Below are positions 62,340 through 64,000 of a DNA stretch of 64,000 nucleotides, piece by piece. The stretch's first letter is position 1. Each line of letters begins with the position of its first letter. This DNA comes from Octopus sinensis (lineage: Eukaryota), in contig NC_042998.1 in NCBI RefSeq assembly GCF_006345805.1, forward strand, positions 47,306,001 through 47,370,000, in the 5' to 3' direction. The notes below the pieces were generated by a model. The model ran no database searches, was not told where the DNA came from, and saw only the letters and a list, made by a program, of their open reading frames with translations. The position numbers and the translations under genes were made by a program.

Positions 62340-62640
62340 TGTATCGTTTTTACGTCCTGTTTGCGTCACATTTTTTTCTTTTCTTGTTTTTACCCCTCTG
62401 CGAAGTAATTTTATTTAATTCTTTCGCAGAAAGGGCTAGTTTGACAAGTCGTGTCCTGTCCTCACCTTCGAAGCACGCTGGAGTTGAACTAGGGACAGCT
62501 GATGAAGGGGAATTTTCCTTGTGTAGTTTGTCTTGTACTCTGTTTTTTCGCTGTTAAAAAGGGTCCGTTTCCATGCTTGTTTTTACGTTTTCGTTTCTCG
62601 TTGAGTTCTGCGTCTATTTGTGGTGTCCTGTACTCACGTA
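62340..62640 (+). mobile_element. Short repeat with a permuted hammerhead-like core, followed by (TA)n
   Basis: GTC-CTGTCC(T) at 62453-62462 pairs with (G)GGACAG, which is immediately followed by CTGATGA at 62499-62505. Confidence 0.45.
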
Positions 62641-62767
62641 TATATATTTATATATGCATGTATATATACATGTAGATGTAGGTACGACACATATATGTAT
62701 GTATGTATGCATATATTTTATTTATTACACTATATATATATATATATATATAGATATATATATATAA

Positions 62768-62911
62768 ACGACGGGCTTCTTTCAGTTTCCGTCTACCAAA
62801 TTCACTCACCCAAGGCTATAGTGGAAGACAGTTGCCCAAGATGCCCCGCAGTGGGACTGAAAACGGAACCATGAGGTTGGGAAGCAAGCTTCTTACTACA
62901 CAACCACGCAT
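62768..62911 (-). mobile_element. SINE family B head and core
   Basis: acgacgggcttctttcagtttccgtctacc...ttcttactacacaaccacgc. Confidence 0.83.
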
Positions 62912-63371
62912 GTGCTTATAATGAAGTTTCACAAACGGTTTTACTATAACAGCTTCGTTGCTACGTAATCTTCCATCGGGATATCGGAATTTCCTATTTT
63001 ATTTTTATCAATGAATCTATATAAAAAGTTTATTGTTAGTTTATGCTTTAGTTTCTCTTTCTAAAATATTAGACGTTAAATAGCCACATGGATCGTAGAT
63101 TTGTTCAAGTGTTTCAAAACGCCCACAAGTTTATTCCATTTCCAATTACTTTAAAGTTAATTCATTCAAATCCGGTAACAAAAAATTTGCTTGGTTTGGT
63201 TCATGTTTGTGTTTATGATTATTATTTACACTTCGTGAGTGTGTATGTGTTTGTGTATGTGTGCGTGGTCGTATCATATCATGTATTTATACGTCTACAT
63301 ATATATATATATATATATATAATATATATATAATATATATATAATATATATATAATATATATATAAAATAC

Positions 63372-63488
<117 letters not shown>

Positions 63489-63666
63489 TATATATGCTCC
63501 ATTTAAATCGATTAAACCTGAACAAATGACTGAAAAATAAAAGATTAGCCGAACCACTTGGAACTGGATAGGATACCAATACTTACATGGCTCCGTACGT
63601 ACCCAATTTAGTCACATATCCCACCCATCAAATTTTAGCCAAACCTTCGGGTTGTTTACAAATTTA

Positions 63667-63701
<35 letters not shown>

Positions 63702-64000
63702 ATATATATATATATATATATATATACATACACACTAGAGTAAAATTACCTATACATTAAAATTGTTTTGGTTTAGGCGCTTTAAATGGGGCATATATCA
63801 TTATATAAATAGTATATAATAATAGCATTATTAAATCTCTGAACGAGATGTAAACAGTAACCGCTCGACAACGTAAAGTATAATAGCCATCACAATATGG
63901 CTAACCACAAAGGGTGGGGGCTACTGTAGCTTTTAGCCCCATCGTCTCCAGCTGGCTTTAGGCACACTATCTGTGTCCTTATGGTATTTGCAAAGGGAGG

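Overview
This is AT-rich animal DNA with very dense microsatellites, not prokaryotic sequence. The SINE and LINE content suggests a cephalopod, probably Octopus (inference). I found no convincing host exon, rRNA, true tRNA or CRISPR array. Almost all supplied ORFs are translations of microsatellites or antisense shadows of a LINE. The main content is as follows. (1) Two clusters (about 15.9-24.4 kb and 41.1-48.3 kb) in which R4/Dong-clade non-LTR retrotransposons (RT + CCHC + restriction-like endonuclease) and a non-coding ~550-bp element ('E') are stacked in one orientation inside (TAA)n arrays. One LINE (42151-46110) is a single base from an intact ~1,212-aa ORF. (2) Four tRNA-headed SINE families. 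(3) Relics of mariner, DD37D/maT, Tx1-like L1 and Penelope GIY-YIG elements, plus a probable non-autonomous Helitron-type element. (4) Several hammerhead-ribozyme-like motifs. (5) A dispersed repeat ('F', 3 copies) with four helices; compensatory changes in three of them point to a conserved, pseudoknotted three-way-junction RNA that I cannot assign to a known class. All alignments and folds were done by eye, so element boundaries are approximate to about 10 bp unless stated otherwise.
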